From positions 103,665 through 167,664 of the forward strand of contig JBNGDF010000003.1 in the NCBI GenBank assembly GCA_049975265.1: 64,000 bases of DNA, in the 5' to 3' direction. Position numbers and translations under genes: made by a program. The stretch comes from Fidelibacterota bacterium (GTDB lineage Bacteria; Fidelibacterota; UBA2242). The notes under the pieces are model-generated. The model made no database searches, was not told where the DNA came from, and saw nothing but the letters and a program-made list of their open reading frames with translations. This document shows positions 20,501 through 28,914 of the stretch, piece after piece. The number at the start of each line of letters is the position of its first letter. The first letter of the stretch is position 1.

Positions 20501-22357
20501 TCGGCACCTGTAGCAGTGGCGGAAGTCAACCGGGATACGGTCTGTGCGGGTAAACCGGTCATGTTCGATGCCAGTAAATCGAAAGATAATGAAAAGGATC
20601 TGATGCGCTACCAGTGGGATTTTGGTGATGCCACAACGACTGAAGGCATTAATCCGATTCATTCCTTTAAACGGGGTGGAAATTACCGCGTGCGCCTGAC
20701 GGTATCGGACGACAGCAACCTGCCGTGCAATACGTCGGTGGCGGATTTACTGATTCATGTTATTGATGCGCCGGTTGCCGATGCCGGTAAAGACCAGACC
20801 GTTTGTGCCAATACGGTGGTTCAATTCGACGGTTCCAAATCCCGTGGCGGGGATCGCCTGATCAAGAGCTATGAGTGGGATTTTGGCGACGGCGAACAGG
20901 GGGGTGGTATTAATCCTACCCATGTCTACACAAAAGCCGGTCTCTACAGTGTGCGGCTGGTGATTACCGTTCCCGAAATCGGTGATTGTGAAAATACATC
21001 GGAGAGCGAGATCACCGTCAAAGTTGTAGCCGCACCCACCGCCCGCTTCACCATGATTGAGCGGGGTTGTATCGGTGAAGAGATTCTGTTTGATGCCACC
21101 GGTTCATCTGCGGCAAACTCCGATATCGTACGTTATACCTGGGAATTCGGAGACGGCAGTAGCGGCACCGGTGAAAAGACAACTCATAAATACACATCGC
21201 ACGGACAATACACGGTGAAATTGACAATCGAAACCGATTCGGATCAGGGATGTAACCGGGCAGAAGCCAGCCATGTCATTACGATTAATGCTCCACCGAC
21301 GGCAGCCATAACGGTTTTTACTTCCAATGATCAGCCAGCCGGGCAAAAAGTTTACCGTTGTTACCGCAATACCGTTCTTACTTTTTCCGGAGAGAAGAGT
21401 GATGACAGGGACGGTCATATTAAGGAATATCTTTGGGATTTCGGCGATGGACAAAAAGCCGATGGACTGACCGTCCAGCACCAGTATCCGACAGTCGGTT
21501 CCTATCAGATACGTCTCTACGTAGTAGATAACAGCAACACCTACTGCGATTTTGCGCTGGATAGTATTATGGTTGATGTGCTGGATTATTCGGAAATTGC
21601 CATCACTGGACCGGAAGCTGCTTTCGTCGGGATATCTCTGGAATATAAATTGACTACCACGAAAAAGATTACGCCGAGTGCAGAAAACACGGTCTGGTTT
21701 TTCAGCGACGGTACGACAGTTCAGGGATTGACCGCCAGCAAAGTCTTTGCGACTGCCGGAAATTACCAGGTGCAGGCGAAGTGCGGTGAGCTCTGGAGTC
21801 AGGCGCAGAAGATCGTTATCGATGATCTTCCGGAAGTGAAAATGCCGGACGACCGGATCGTTGATCTGGGGCAAACCGTTCAGATCATCCCCGCTGTGTC
21901 CAATCCATTCAAAGTACCGGTTGAGTTTGAATGGGATTTTGGCGACGGCGAAAAGGGGAATGGATTAAAAGGTGAGCATCAATATACCGCGGCTGGTGAC
22001 TACACGACTACGCTTATGGTCTGGTATAAAGAGATTGATTTCGGGCAGCCGCAAAAATATACGTCGACCATCACCGTGTTACCTGCGCCGGTAGTGGAGA
22101 TTGAGGTAAAGCCTGAAAAATTGTATGTTGGTGGAGCCCGGGATGCGGTCTTCTTTGAAAGTAAAACACAACCCTACAGCCGAAAACTCGCCTACCAGTG
22201 GGATTTTGGCGACGGGATAACGGCGGTAGGTAAAACGGCTAAACATGCCTACATGCTGCCGGGTGATTATACCGTAAAGCTGACGGTATATGACGCCTCA
22301 CGATTGGATGCAAAGCGGTATGAATTCACCAGACGTATCTCCGTACTAAAGCGCTGA
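17525..22357 (+). CDS. Secreted multi-PKD-domain protein (~15 PKD repeats)
   Basis: Signal peptide, ~290-aa unique N-terminus, repeated DxDG...Y.WDFGDG...H.Y..PG.Y.V.LTV units. Confidence 0.9.
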   Translation: MTGNFMKMIKILLLCFIPLLMNAQIIDQNFIITAGIEAGLDKGDSLCRTVINVEVPATYPGMVHFRVFDADLGDTYDNPGRDSRTRYLVFGERGIFESIFSIRDSIDVNTALVNLILGQDTYYDNRWRTIGSFQTSRGHVREDRARFQIVVDGISGSGRNRYQIFVSADDKRNEFIEGAIISSPAMSLRMATNPTMSTQITFPIPSGCDTIFVNNFDGDLERSPNKIVFESNFRNSIPIKGSGDGELVTTVIPVQNEEQGRTAAIVIEGNIATNNIQLWITDKAGKILEFNYPPRLARRNTLPEPKFKVIPLADCNTLILDATESSDADGDELSFQWYFEDGTSEEGVRIAHDFKKPGKHAVKLLVIDNSIYVANTSRLTQMVVINEPPRAAIEAPEKAAPYQTVYFDAHKSYDTDGNILAYQWNMGDGSAKSGVRVSHRYTRPGNYSVTLTVEDDGTTLCTKGKTSTSIWINRSPQARFNLVKNLIAVDESVSMDANGSIDSDGEIVGYYWDFGDGNKAEGISTSHRYSQPGKYTVQLTVRDDSDLANAESYLREEITVNAPPVAQAEIPAVVAVNELVVMDATESVDPDGQLSEYRWSLGDGSVKAGSKISHQYTESGTYPITLTVIDNTTTLNNSDEAHYSIRVNDPPVPDAGGDRLVNESVVEFDAGGSRDSDDDIIEYRWDFGDGQTGNGIKVSHVYASPGTYEVTLTIKDASGTKTAIQSQNVTVTVNSPPVADAGREQIVAVGEKVRFRGGFSSDADGKIVTYRWTVDEGVVLEGKNVTHVYEKPGIYQAQLLVIDNDGAEDIHTVTVWVNTPPVAKIPPLPRLAPGQVITFDGGMSYDIDGQLELYKWDFGDGSLVKEGRAVKYSFKEPGRFTVTLTVKDNSNAANGISKASRTVAVNYPPKPDCGDDIVTCDQTILFDASNSSDADKDQLTYFWDFGDGNVGSGMKYKYIYQQPGVYPVTLRVNDGQGLANSIQQQIIRVQINSAPVAVAEVNRDTVCAGKPVMFDASKSKDNEKDLMRYQWDFGDATTTEGINPIHSFKRGGNYRVRLTVSDDSNLPCNTSVADLLIHVIDAPVADAGKDQTVCANTVVQFDGSKSRGGDRLIKSYEWDFGDGEQGGGINPTHVYTKAGLYSVRLVITVPEIGDCENTSESEITVKVVAAPTARFTMIERGCIGEEILFDATGSSAANSDIVRYTWEFGDGSSGTGEKTTHKYTSHGQYTVKLTIETDSDQGCNRAEASHVITINAPPTAAITVFTSNDQPAGQKVYRCYRNTVLTFSGEKSDDRDGHIKEYLWDFGDGQKADGLTVQHQYPTVGSYQIRLYVVDNSNTYCDFALDSIMVDVLDYSEIAITGPEAAFVGISLEYKLTTTKKITPSAENTVWFFSDGTTVQGLTASKVFATAGNYQVQAKCGELWSQAQKIVIDDLPEVKMPDDRIVDLGQTVQIIPAVSNPFKVPVEFEWDFGDGEKGNGLKGEHQYTAAGDYTTTLMVWYKEIDFGQPQKYTSTITVLPAPVVEIEVKPEKLYVGGARDAVFFESKTQPYSRKLAYQWDFGDGITAVGKTAKHAYMLPGDYTVKLTVYDASRLDAKRYEFTRRISVLKR

Positions 22358-22482
22358 TGACATGGGTTCAATTCTGTAATTTTAAAAAATATACGGCTTT
22401 TCTATTTTGTTTATTTGCCGTAATATTAATAGCTTACTTGCAGATCATTTAGTTTTATTCTGATCTGGAATAATGATTGTTC

Positions 22483-22524
22483 TTGACAGAAACGTTTTAG
22501 TTTTATTAAATTGCAAACGTTTGC
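22483..22524 (+). promoter_or_regulatory. Promoter with two LacI-family operator-like sites
   Basis: TTGACA at 22483, TAAATT at 22507; perfect palindrome GCAAACGTTTGC (22513-22524) and GAAACGTTTT (22489-22498), both with the central CG typical of LacI operators. Confidence 0.7.
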
Positions 22525-22561
22525 GATAGATTTTGGCAAACTTATAGCAGAGGGACCAAAA

Positions 22562-23572
22562 GTGGAAAAAACACATGTCACTATCAAAGATATTGCCCGT
22601 AAACTAAACCTTTCCGCATCGACTGTATCGCGAGCCCTGCGCAATCACCCCGATATCAAAGAGGAGACAAAAAAGAGAGTGCGTGCCCTGGCGGAGGAGC
22701 TGGATTATCAACCGGATACCATTGCCCAGAGTCTGAAAAACCGGCGTACCAATATGATTGGAGTCATCGTACCGGAGATACGGCATGAATTTTTTTCGGG
22801 AGTCATCAGTGGTATCGAGGATGTCGCCTATAAATCGGGCTATGCGATCATTGTTTCCCAGTCGAACGAAAATTATGAGAGAGAGCGGATTAATGTCAAC
22901 GCCCTGATATCCAATCGGGTTGCCGGTTTGCTGATCTCCATTTCACAATCTACCAGGAACAGTGACCATTTCCGGCTGCTGGAGCGACAGGGGATTCCCT
23001 TTGTGTTTTTCGACCGGGTTTGTGAGGATATTGACGCCAGTAAAGTGGTGGTGGATGACTACGATGGGGCTATGCAGGCAGTCGGGCATTTAATTGAGCG
23101 CGGCTACAGGAAAATCGCTCATCTGGCGGGACCAAGTCACCTTTCCATAACCCAGCAGCGGCTGGAGGGGTATCTTTCGGCATTAAACAAGCATAACATA
23201 TCGCCGGATGAACGGCTTATCGTATACGGCGGTCTCAATGAAGAGGACGGCTATACCGGTTTTGAGAGCTTATGGGCGTCCAACCGTCAGCCCGATGCCG
23301 TATTTGCCGTAAATGACCCGGTGGCAATCGGTGCATTTTCAAAAATTAAGGAGCTGAAATTACGGATTCCTCAGGATGTGGCGCTGGTCGGTTTTTCCGA
23401 CAACCCGATCACGGCGCTCGTCGATCCGCCAATATCAACCGTAAGTCAGCCGGTGTTTCAGCTGGGTCAGACCGCAGCGGAGATTTTAATTAAGCAGATC
23501 CAACTGGGTGAAGAGTTTGTACCCCGTCGGGAAATTCTCAAGACGAGACTGATCGTTCGCCATTCGACCTAA
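22562..23572 (+). CDS. LacI-family transcriptional regulator of the galactose operon
   Basis: VTIKDIARKLNLSASTVSRAL HTH plus sugar-binding domain; GTG start after AGAGGGA. Confidence 0.95.
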   Translation: MEKTHVTIKDIARKLNLSASTVSRALRNHPDIKEETKKRVRALAEELDYQPDTIAQSLKNRRTNMIGVIVPEIRHEFFSGVISGIEDVAYKSGYAIIVSQSNENYERERINVNALISNRVAGLLISISQSTRNSDHFRLLERQGIPFVFFDRVCEDIDASKVVVDDYDGAMQAVGHLIERGYRKIAHLAGPSHLSITQQRLEGYLSALNKHNISPDERLIVYGGLNEEDGYTGFESLWASNRQPDAVFAVNDPVAIGAFSKIKELKLRIPQDVALVGFSDNPITALVDPPISTVSQPVFQLGQTAAEILIKQIQLGEEFVPRREILKTRLIVRHST

Positions 23573-23607
23573 AGTGCATGTAATACTAATCATAAAGGAT
23601 TTTAGAG

Positions 23608-25215
23608 ATGGATCAACTGGTATTTAACTGGTACGACAGCCTTATTTTTCTGGTCTTTTTTGTTGTGGTGGTTGGTTTTAGCCTGTATAAGAGCCGCCGG
23701 GAACAGACCGGAGAGGATTATTTTCTCGCCGGGCGTGGTTTAATCTGGCCACTCATCGGTTTATCCATGATTGCCGCCAATATTTCCACGGAACAGTTTG
23801 TGGGGATGTCCGGGCAGGGAGCCGGGATTGCCGGCTTGGCGATTGCTTCCTACGAGTGGATGGCGGCGATTACCATGGTGATCGTGGCGATATTTTTATT
23901 ACCTCACTTCCTGAAAGCCGGTATCTATACCTTTCCTGAGTATCTGGAATATCGCTATTCACCAGTCGCTCGTAATATCATGGCTTTTTATACGATTCTG
24001 ATTTATGTATTTGTGCTTGTAGCGTCGGTGCTCTATACCGGCGGTTTGACCATCGTCACACTCTTTCAGAATGCAACCCTTTTTGGTGCCGAAGTTACTC
24101 TGGTGAAGGCGGTCTGGATCGTTGCGATCATCACGGCGGTTTATACTGTTTGGGGTGGACTGAAGGGGATTGCCTGGGCGGATTTATTTTTCGGATCGAG
24201 CCTGATTATCGGCGGTGTTATTACTTTGGTTATCGGACTGGATCGAGTAGGTGGATTCGGCGAATTTTACGCTGCCAATCAGGATAAGATGCATATGATT
24301 TTACCAGCGGATCATCCGGTATTGCCCTGGACGGCGCTGGTGCTGGGTTTGTGGTTGCCGAATTTCTATTACTGGAGCGTCAACCAGTTCATCACCCAGC
24401 GAACTCTGGCAGCAAAGAGTCTCAAAGAGGGACAATTGGGCGTCATTTTTGCCGCATTTCTGAAAATTTTAACCCCTTTTATCATTATCATTCCGGGGAT
24501 TATTGCATGGCAACTCTTCAGGGATCAGATGACCGGGACGGGGGGCACGGATGCCGCCTTCCCGCTGATTATCCGGAATCTGATTCCGGGCGGGATTCGG
24601 GGATTCATTTTTGCCGCCATCGGCGGTGCCGTGATTAGCTCTCTGGCATCGATGCTGAACTCCGCATCCACGATTTTTACCATGGACATCTATTCCAGAT
24701 TATATAAAAAAGATGTTGCCCAGAAAGAGATTGTCCTGACCGGGCGGATTTCCACATTTGTGTTTCTGATTATCGGTTGTTTGATCGCCCCGGTGTTAAC
24801 CAATCCGGCGCTGCAGGGGATTTTCACCTATCTGCAGGAATTTCAGGGATTTATATCTCCTGGCATTTTTGCGGCTTTCGCTTTTGGCATGATCGTTAAA
24901 AAAGCGCCCAAATCCGCCGGAGTTACAGCACTTGTGCTAAATCCGGTTATTTATGGGTTATTGCTGATCTTTGGTGGTTCGCTGCCGGTTTTCGAGAAAG
25001 TTCAAATTGTCCAGATTGCATTCCTGAACCGCATGGCGATTACCTTTATCATGATTATTATTGTGATGACAGTGATAACATACCTGAAGCCGCTGGCGCA
25101 GCCGGTCGAGATGCCGGTGAGGAAGGAATTCGATACTCAGGCGACACCGATTATCAAGTGGTTGGGAGCCGCGATTGTCCTTATCATTATTTTACTGTAT
25201 GTAATATTTTGGTAA
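23608..25215 (+). CDS. Sodium:solute symporter (SGLT-like, probably galactose)
   Basis: YFLAGR, AANISTEQFVGMSG, NQFITQRTL; upstream of galMTK. Confidence 0.92.
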   Translation: MDQLVFNWYDSLIFLVFFVVVVGFSLYKSRREQTGEDYFLAGRGLIWPLIGLSMIAANISTEQFVGMSGQGAGIAGLAIASYEWMAAITMVIVAIFLLPHFLKAGIYTFPEYLEYRYSPVARNIMAFYTILIYVFVLVASVLYTGGLTIVTLFQNATLFGAEVTLVKAVWIVAIITAVYTVWGGLKGIAWADLFFGSSLIIGGVITLVIGLDRVGGFGEFYAANQDKMHMILPADHPVLPWTALVLGLWLPNFYYWSVNQFITQRTLAAKSLKEGQLGVIFAAFLKILTPFIIIIPGIIAWQLFRDQMTGTGGTDAAFPLIIRNLIPGGIRGFIFAAIGGAVISSLASMLNSASTIFTMDIYSRLYKKDVAQKEIVLTGRISTFVFLIIGCLIAPVLTNPALQGIFTYLQEFQGFISPGIFAAFAFGMIVKKAPKSAGVTALVLNPVIYGLLLIFGGSLPVFEKVQIVQIAFLNRMAITFIMIIIVMTVITYLKPLAQPVEMPVRKEFDTQATPIIKWLGAAIVLIIILLYVIFW

Positions 25216-25240
25216 TTAACCGAAAAAATTGGAGTGGAAA

Positions 25241-26434
25241 ATGAGCAAAAAGATCAATCAATATCGTGATATTGTTGCGATTTTGTTGGCTGTTTTCATG
25301 GGTTTTACCGGGATGAAGTGCGGAGATAAATGCAGACAGGAACCGTTTCACAAGCAAAAAGGAAATGCGGAAATGACAATTAATAAAGAGGTTTTTGGGA
25401 AATTGCCGGACGGACGAGTGGTGGATCTGTATACTTTGGAGAATCCAAAAGGGCTCAAGGTAAAAATTATGACCTACGGCGCCACGATTGTTGCGCTCGA
25501 GGCTCCCGACCGCAACGGTAACAGGCAGGACATTGTGCTGGGGCATGATAATCTGGAGGGCTATCTCACTGAATCGCCCTATTTTGGGGCGGTAGTCGGG
25601 CGGTATGCCAATCGCATTAAGAGAGGTCGCTTTTCCCTGTCAAAGACATCTTCGATGGATAATGTTACCTATCAGCTGACCATCAATGATGGGCGAAATC
25701 ACCTGCACGGCGGAGTCAGGGGATTTGATAAGGTGCTCTGGACGGCTGAGCCGGTAAAAGAGAAAGGTGCGGTCGGTCTGCGGTTATGTTACACCAGTCC
25801 GGATGGTGAGCAGGGGTATCCGGGTGAACTGAATGCAGTGGCGATCTACACCCTGACGGCGAATGACCACCTGAAAGTGGAGTTTCAGGCGACCACAGAC
25901 AAGCCGACGATTGTCAACCTCTCGAATCATAGCTATTTCAATCTGTCGGGACAGGGCAGCGGTGATATTTTGGAGCATGAGCTAATGCTGAACTGCGACC
26001 ATTATCTGCCGGTGGATGAGGAATTGATCCCGACGGGAGAGATTAGAAGCGTGGAGGGCACCGCCTTTGATTTTACAACGTCGCAAGCGATAGGCGCCCG
26101 GATTGCCGAAGTGCCGGGCGGATATGACCATAACTACGTCATTGACGGTGAAATCGACGAGCTGAAATTAGCCGCGATCGTGACCGAAAAGCAGAGCGGT
26201 CGGACGTTGAAATTGTCCACAACCTGTCCCGGAGTGCAGTTTTATTCAGGTAATTTTCTCGATGGTACGATTTGTGGAAAAGGGGGGAAAATATATCAGA
26301 AGCATGGAGCCTTGTGTCTCGAGCCGCAGTTCTTTCCCGATTCTCCCAATCATCCGAACTTTCCTGATGTCCGCCTGAATCCGGGTGAACAATTCCATCA
26401 GTATTCGATCTATGAGTTTGGAATTCAGAAATGA
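25241..26434 (+). CDS. galM: Aldose 1-epimerase (galactose mutarotase), possible lipoprotein
   Basis: GRYANRI, NHLHGG, NHSYFNL, GYDHNY, LEPQFFPDSPN; N-terminal hydrophobic stretch ending in Cys. Confidence 0.93.
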   Translation: MSKKINQYRDIVAILLAVFMGFTGMKCGDKCRQEPFHKQKGNAEMTINKEVFGKLPDGRVVDLYTLENPKGLKVKIMTYGATIVALEAPDRNGNRQDIVLGHDNLEGYLTESPYFGAVVGRYANRIKRGRFSLSKTSSMDNVTYQLTINDGRNHLHGGVRGFDKVLWTAEPVKEKGAVGLRLCYTSPDGEQGYPGELNAVAIYTLTANDHLKVEFQATTDKPTIVNLSNHSYFNLSGQGSGDILEHELMLNCDHYLPVDEELIPTGEIRSVEGTAFDFTTSQAIGARIAEVPGGYDHNYVIDGEIDELKLAAIVTEKQSGRTLKLSTTCPGVQFYSGNFLDGTICGKGGKIYQKHGALCLEPQFFPDSPNHPNFPDVRLNPGEQFHQYSIYEFGIQK

Positions 26435-26462
26435 TCATTTCGCAGGTATAAAAAAGAAAAAC

Positions 26463-27500
26463 TTGAGTATCGGTATCAGTAAATCGGATAAACCCCACCG
26501 CCGTTATAATCCTCTGACCGGAGAATGGGTACTGGTGACTTCGCACCGCACATCCCGTCCCTGGTTGGGTCAGGAGGAAGAGCCTTCGGAAAGCCCAAAG
26601 GTCGAATACGATCCCGACTGCTTTCTCTGTCCCGGCAATGTCCGGGCAAGCGGCGAACGCAACGCGAATTATCGCAAAATATTCGTCTTCACCAACGATT
26701 TTTCGGCGCTGCTGCCTGACATTCCGGAAAGGCGGCGCGAACAATCACCACTGATTCAGGTGGATCAGGTACGAGGAATCTGTAAAGTGATCTGTTTTTC
26801 GCCGCACCACAGCAAGACGCTGGCGGAATTGCCCGAAGAGGGCATTGTGGCTGTGGTTGACGCCTGGATCGAACAGAGTCAGCTATTGGGGCAAACCTAT
26901 CGCTGGGTGCAGATTTTCGAAAATAAAGGGGAGATCATGGGTTGTTCCAACCCCCATCCCCACTGTCAGATTTGGGCGACCGGCTCCTTACCAAATGAAG
27001 CCCGGAAAGAGGATATAAATCAAAGTGAATATTTTCGAAAATATAGATCGCCAATGCTGCTGGATTATCTGAAATACGAAATCGGCGAGAAAAAGCGGAT
27101 CGTGGCTGAAAACGGGGATTGGGTGGTGGTGGTTCCGTTTTGGGCGGTCTGGCCTTTTGAGACGCTGTTATTGCCCCGCCGGCATGTGCTGCGACTGGCT
27201 GAAATTCACGATTCAGAGAAAGTGACATTAGCGGAAATTTTGAAGGTATTGCTGAGTAAATATGATAACCTGTTCAGGGTAGAATTTCCTTACTCCATGG
27301 GCTGGCATGGCGCGCCGCATGACGAGAACGCCAATTCACATTGGCAATTGCATGCGCACTACTATCCGCCGTTGTTAAGGTCGAGTACAGTAAAAAAGTT
27401 TATGGTAGGGTATGAGATGCTAGCCGAGCCGCAGCGGGATATCAGCCCGGAGACTGCCGCTCAACGATTGCGAAATCTGGCGGATACGAGAACTTTTTGA
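26463..27500 (+). CDS. galT: Galactose-1-phosphate uridylyltransferase
   Basis: HRRYNPLTGEW, CFLCPGN, MGCSNPHPHCQ, KFMVGYEML; start placed at TTG 26463 (uncertain). Confidence 0.96.
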   Translation: MSIGISKSDKPHRRYNPLTGEWVLVTSHRTSRPWLGQEEEPSESPKVEYDPDCFLCPGNVRASGERNANYRKIFVFTNDFSALLPDIPERRREQSPLIQVDQVRGICKVICFSPHHSKTLAELPEEGIVAVVDAWIEQSQLLGQTYRWVQIFENKGEIMGCSNPHPHCQIWATGSLPNEARKEDINQSEYFRKYRSPMLLDYLKYEIGEKKRIVAENGDWVVVVPFWAVWPFETLLLPRRHVLRLAEIHDSEKVTLAEILKVLLSKYDNLFRVEFPYSMGWHGAPHDENANSHWQLHAHYYPPLLRSSTVKKFMVGYEMLAEPQRDISPETAAQRLRNLADTRTF

Positions 27501-27521
27501 TTAGAATGAATTGGAAAAAGG

Positions 27522-28829
27522 ATGAGCTTGAGAGAATTATTGAGAACCGCTGAGTGTCGGCAGCTTTTTGCAAAATTATACGGAACCGAAGAAGACTGTT
27601 ATCAATCACAGTTGGATCGCTACGAAACCTTAATTCAAAATTATACAGACCATTTTAATGAAGAACCACTGTCGCTGTTCAGTTCACCCGGTCGTACCGA
27701 AATCGGTGGTAATCATACCGATCATAACCGGGGGCTGGTGCTGGCGGCTTCGATCAATCTTGACACCATTGCTGCTGTGAAAAAGAGTGATTCCGGAGTG
27801 ATCAGAGTCTTTTCGGAAGGTTATCCGGATACCTTCTCTATCTCGCTGAATGACCTTTCCAAAAAGGGGTCGGAAAGAGAAACAACCACCTCTATCATCC
27901 GTGGTATTGCGGCAAAATTGAAAGATGAAGGTTATAAAATCGGTGGTTTTAATGCCTATCTATCCAGCGATGTCTATGTCGGATCGGGTTTGAGTTCGTC
28001 CGCCTCATTTGAAGTGATGATCGGGACGATTTTAAATGATCTTTATAACAATTCCCGAATCGAGCCGGAAAAAATCGCCCGCATCGGGCAATATGCCGAG
28101 AACGAATATTTCGGGAAACCCTGCGGTTTGATGGACCAGCTGGCGATTGCTGTCGGGAATACCGTCATGATCGATTTTCAAGATTCGATCAGTCCCAGGA
28201 TAAAAAAGGTTCCTTTCGATCTTGCGCAGTTCGGCTACTCTCTGGTATTGGTAAATACCGGTGGTAATCATGTGGATCTGAACGATGAATACACAAATGT
28301 TTACCGGGAGATGCAGTCGGTCGCCAGGCAATTTGCTTTGAATGACTGTCGTGATCTGACATATCCTGAAATTCTCAGTCGGATACCGGACCTGCGTGAA
28401 AAGGTCGGTGACCGGGCGATTCTGCGGGCGCTCCATTTCTTGAATGATAATGAACGGGTGCTCGCGGAGGTTGCCGCTCTTGAGAAGGGAGATATTAAGC
28501 GGTTTTTGGAGATGGTCAATGAGTCGGGCGATTCGTCGTGTAAATATTTGCAAAATTGTTACAGCAGCAGGAATCCGGGAGAGCAGGGAATTCCTCTGGC
28601 ACTGGCGATAACGGAGATGTTTTTCAAAAACGGCACAAAAAAATCCGCCTGTCGGGTGCACGGCGGTGGCTTCGCCGGAACGATTCAGGCGTTTATTCCG
28701 AATGAGGATGTTCCTGCCTATGTGGCATTGACGACGTCTGTATTCGGTGAAGATGCGGTGTCGGTGTTAGCCATCCGACCGGTTGGTGCGGTTCGGATTG
28801 ATCGGCAGATCAGCAAGTCCGCAGCGTAG
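27522..28829 (+). CDS. galK: Galactokinase
   Basis: PGRTEIGGNHTDH, GSGLSSSA, CGLMDQ, RVHGGGFAG. Confidence 0.95.
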   Translation: MSLRELLRTAECRQLFAKLYGTEEDCYQSQLDRYETLIQNYTDHFNEEPLSLFSSPGRTEIGGNHTDHNRGLVLAASINLDTIAAVKKSDSGVIRVFSEGYPDTFSISLNDLSKKGSERETTTSIIRGIAAKLKDEGYKIGGFNAYLSSDVYVGSGLSSSASFEVMIGTILNDLYNNSRIEPEKIARIGQYAENEYFGKPCGLMDQLAIAVGNTVMIDFQDSISPRIKKVPFDLAQFGYSLVLVNTGGNHVDLNDEYTNVYREMQSVARQFALNDCRDLTYPEILSRIPDLREKVGDRAILRALHFLNDNERVLAEVAALEKGDIKRFLEMVNESGDSSCKYLQNCYSSRNPGEQGIPLALAITEMFFKNGTKKSACRVHGGGFAGTIQAFIPNEDVPAYVALTTSVFGEDAVSVLAIRPVGAVRIDRQISKSAA

Positions 28830-28856
28830 TTTTTATCACCCAATCCAGTTTTTAAT

Positions 28857-28888
28857 AAAAAAGGGCAGACCAAAATGATCTGCCCTTT
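28857..28888. terminator. Intrinsic terminator between convergent galK and pepF
   Basis: AAAGGGCAGA...TCTGCCCTTT stem with A-run on the left (U-tail for pepF). Confidence 0.8.
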
Positions 28889-28914
28889 GATATTTCGCTA
28901 TTCAAAGATCCGAC

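Noticed and set aside
18500..22260. Recurring TGGGATTTTGGCGACGG nucleotide repeats as a possible CRISPR or DGR
   Set aside because: They encode the WDFGDG motif of PKD domains at ~260-nt spacing inside one ORF; no cas or reverse transcriptase gene
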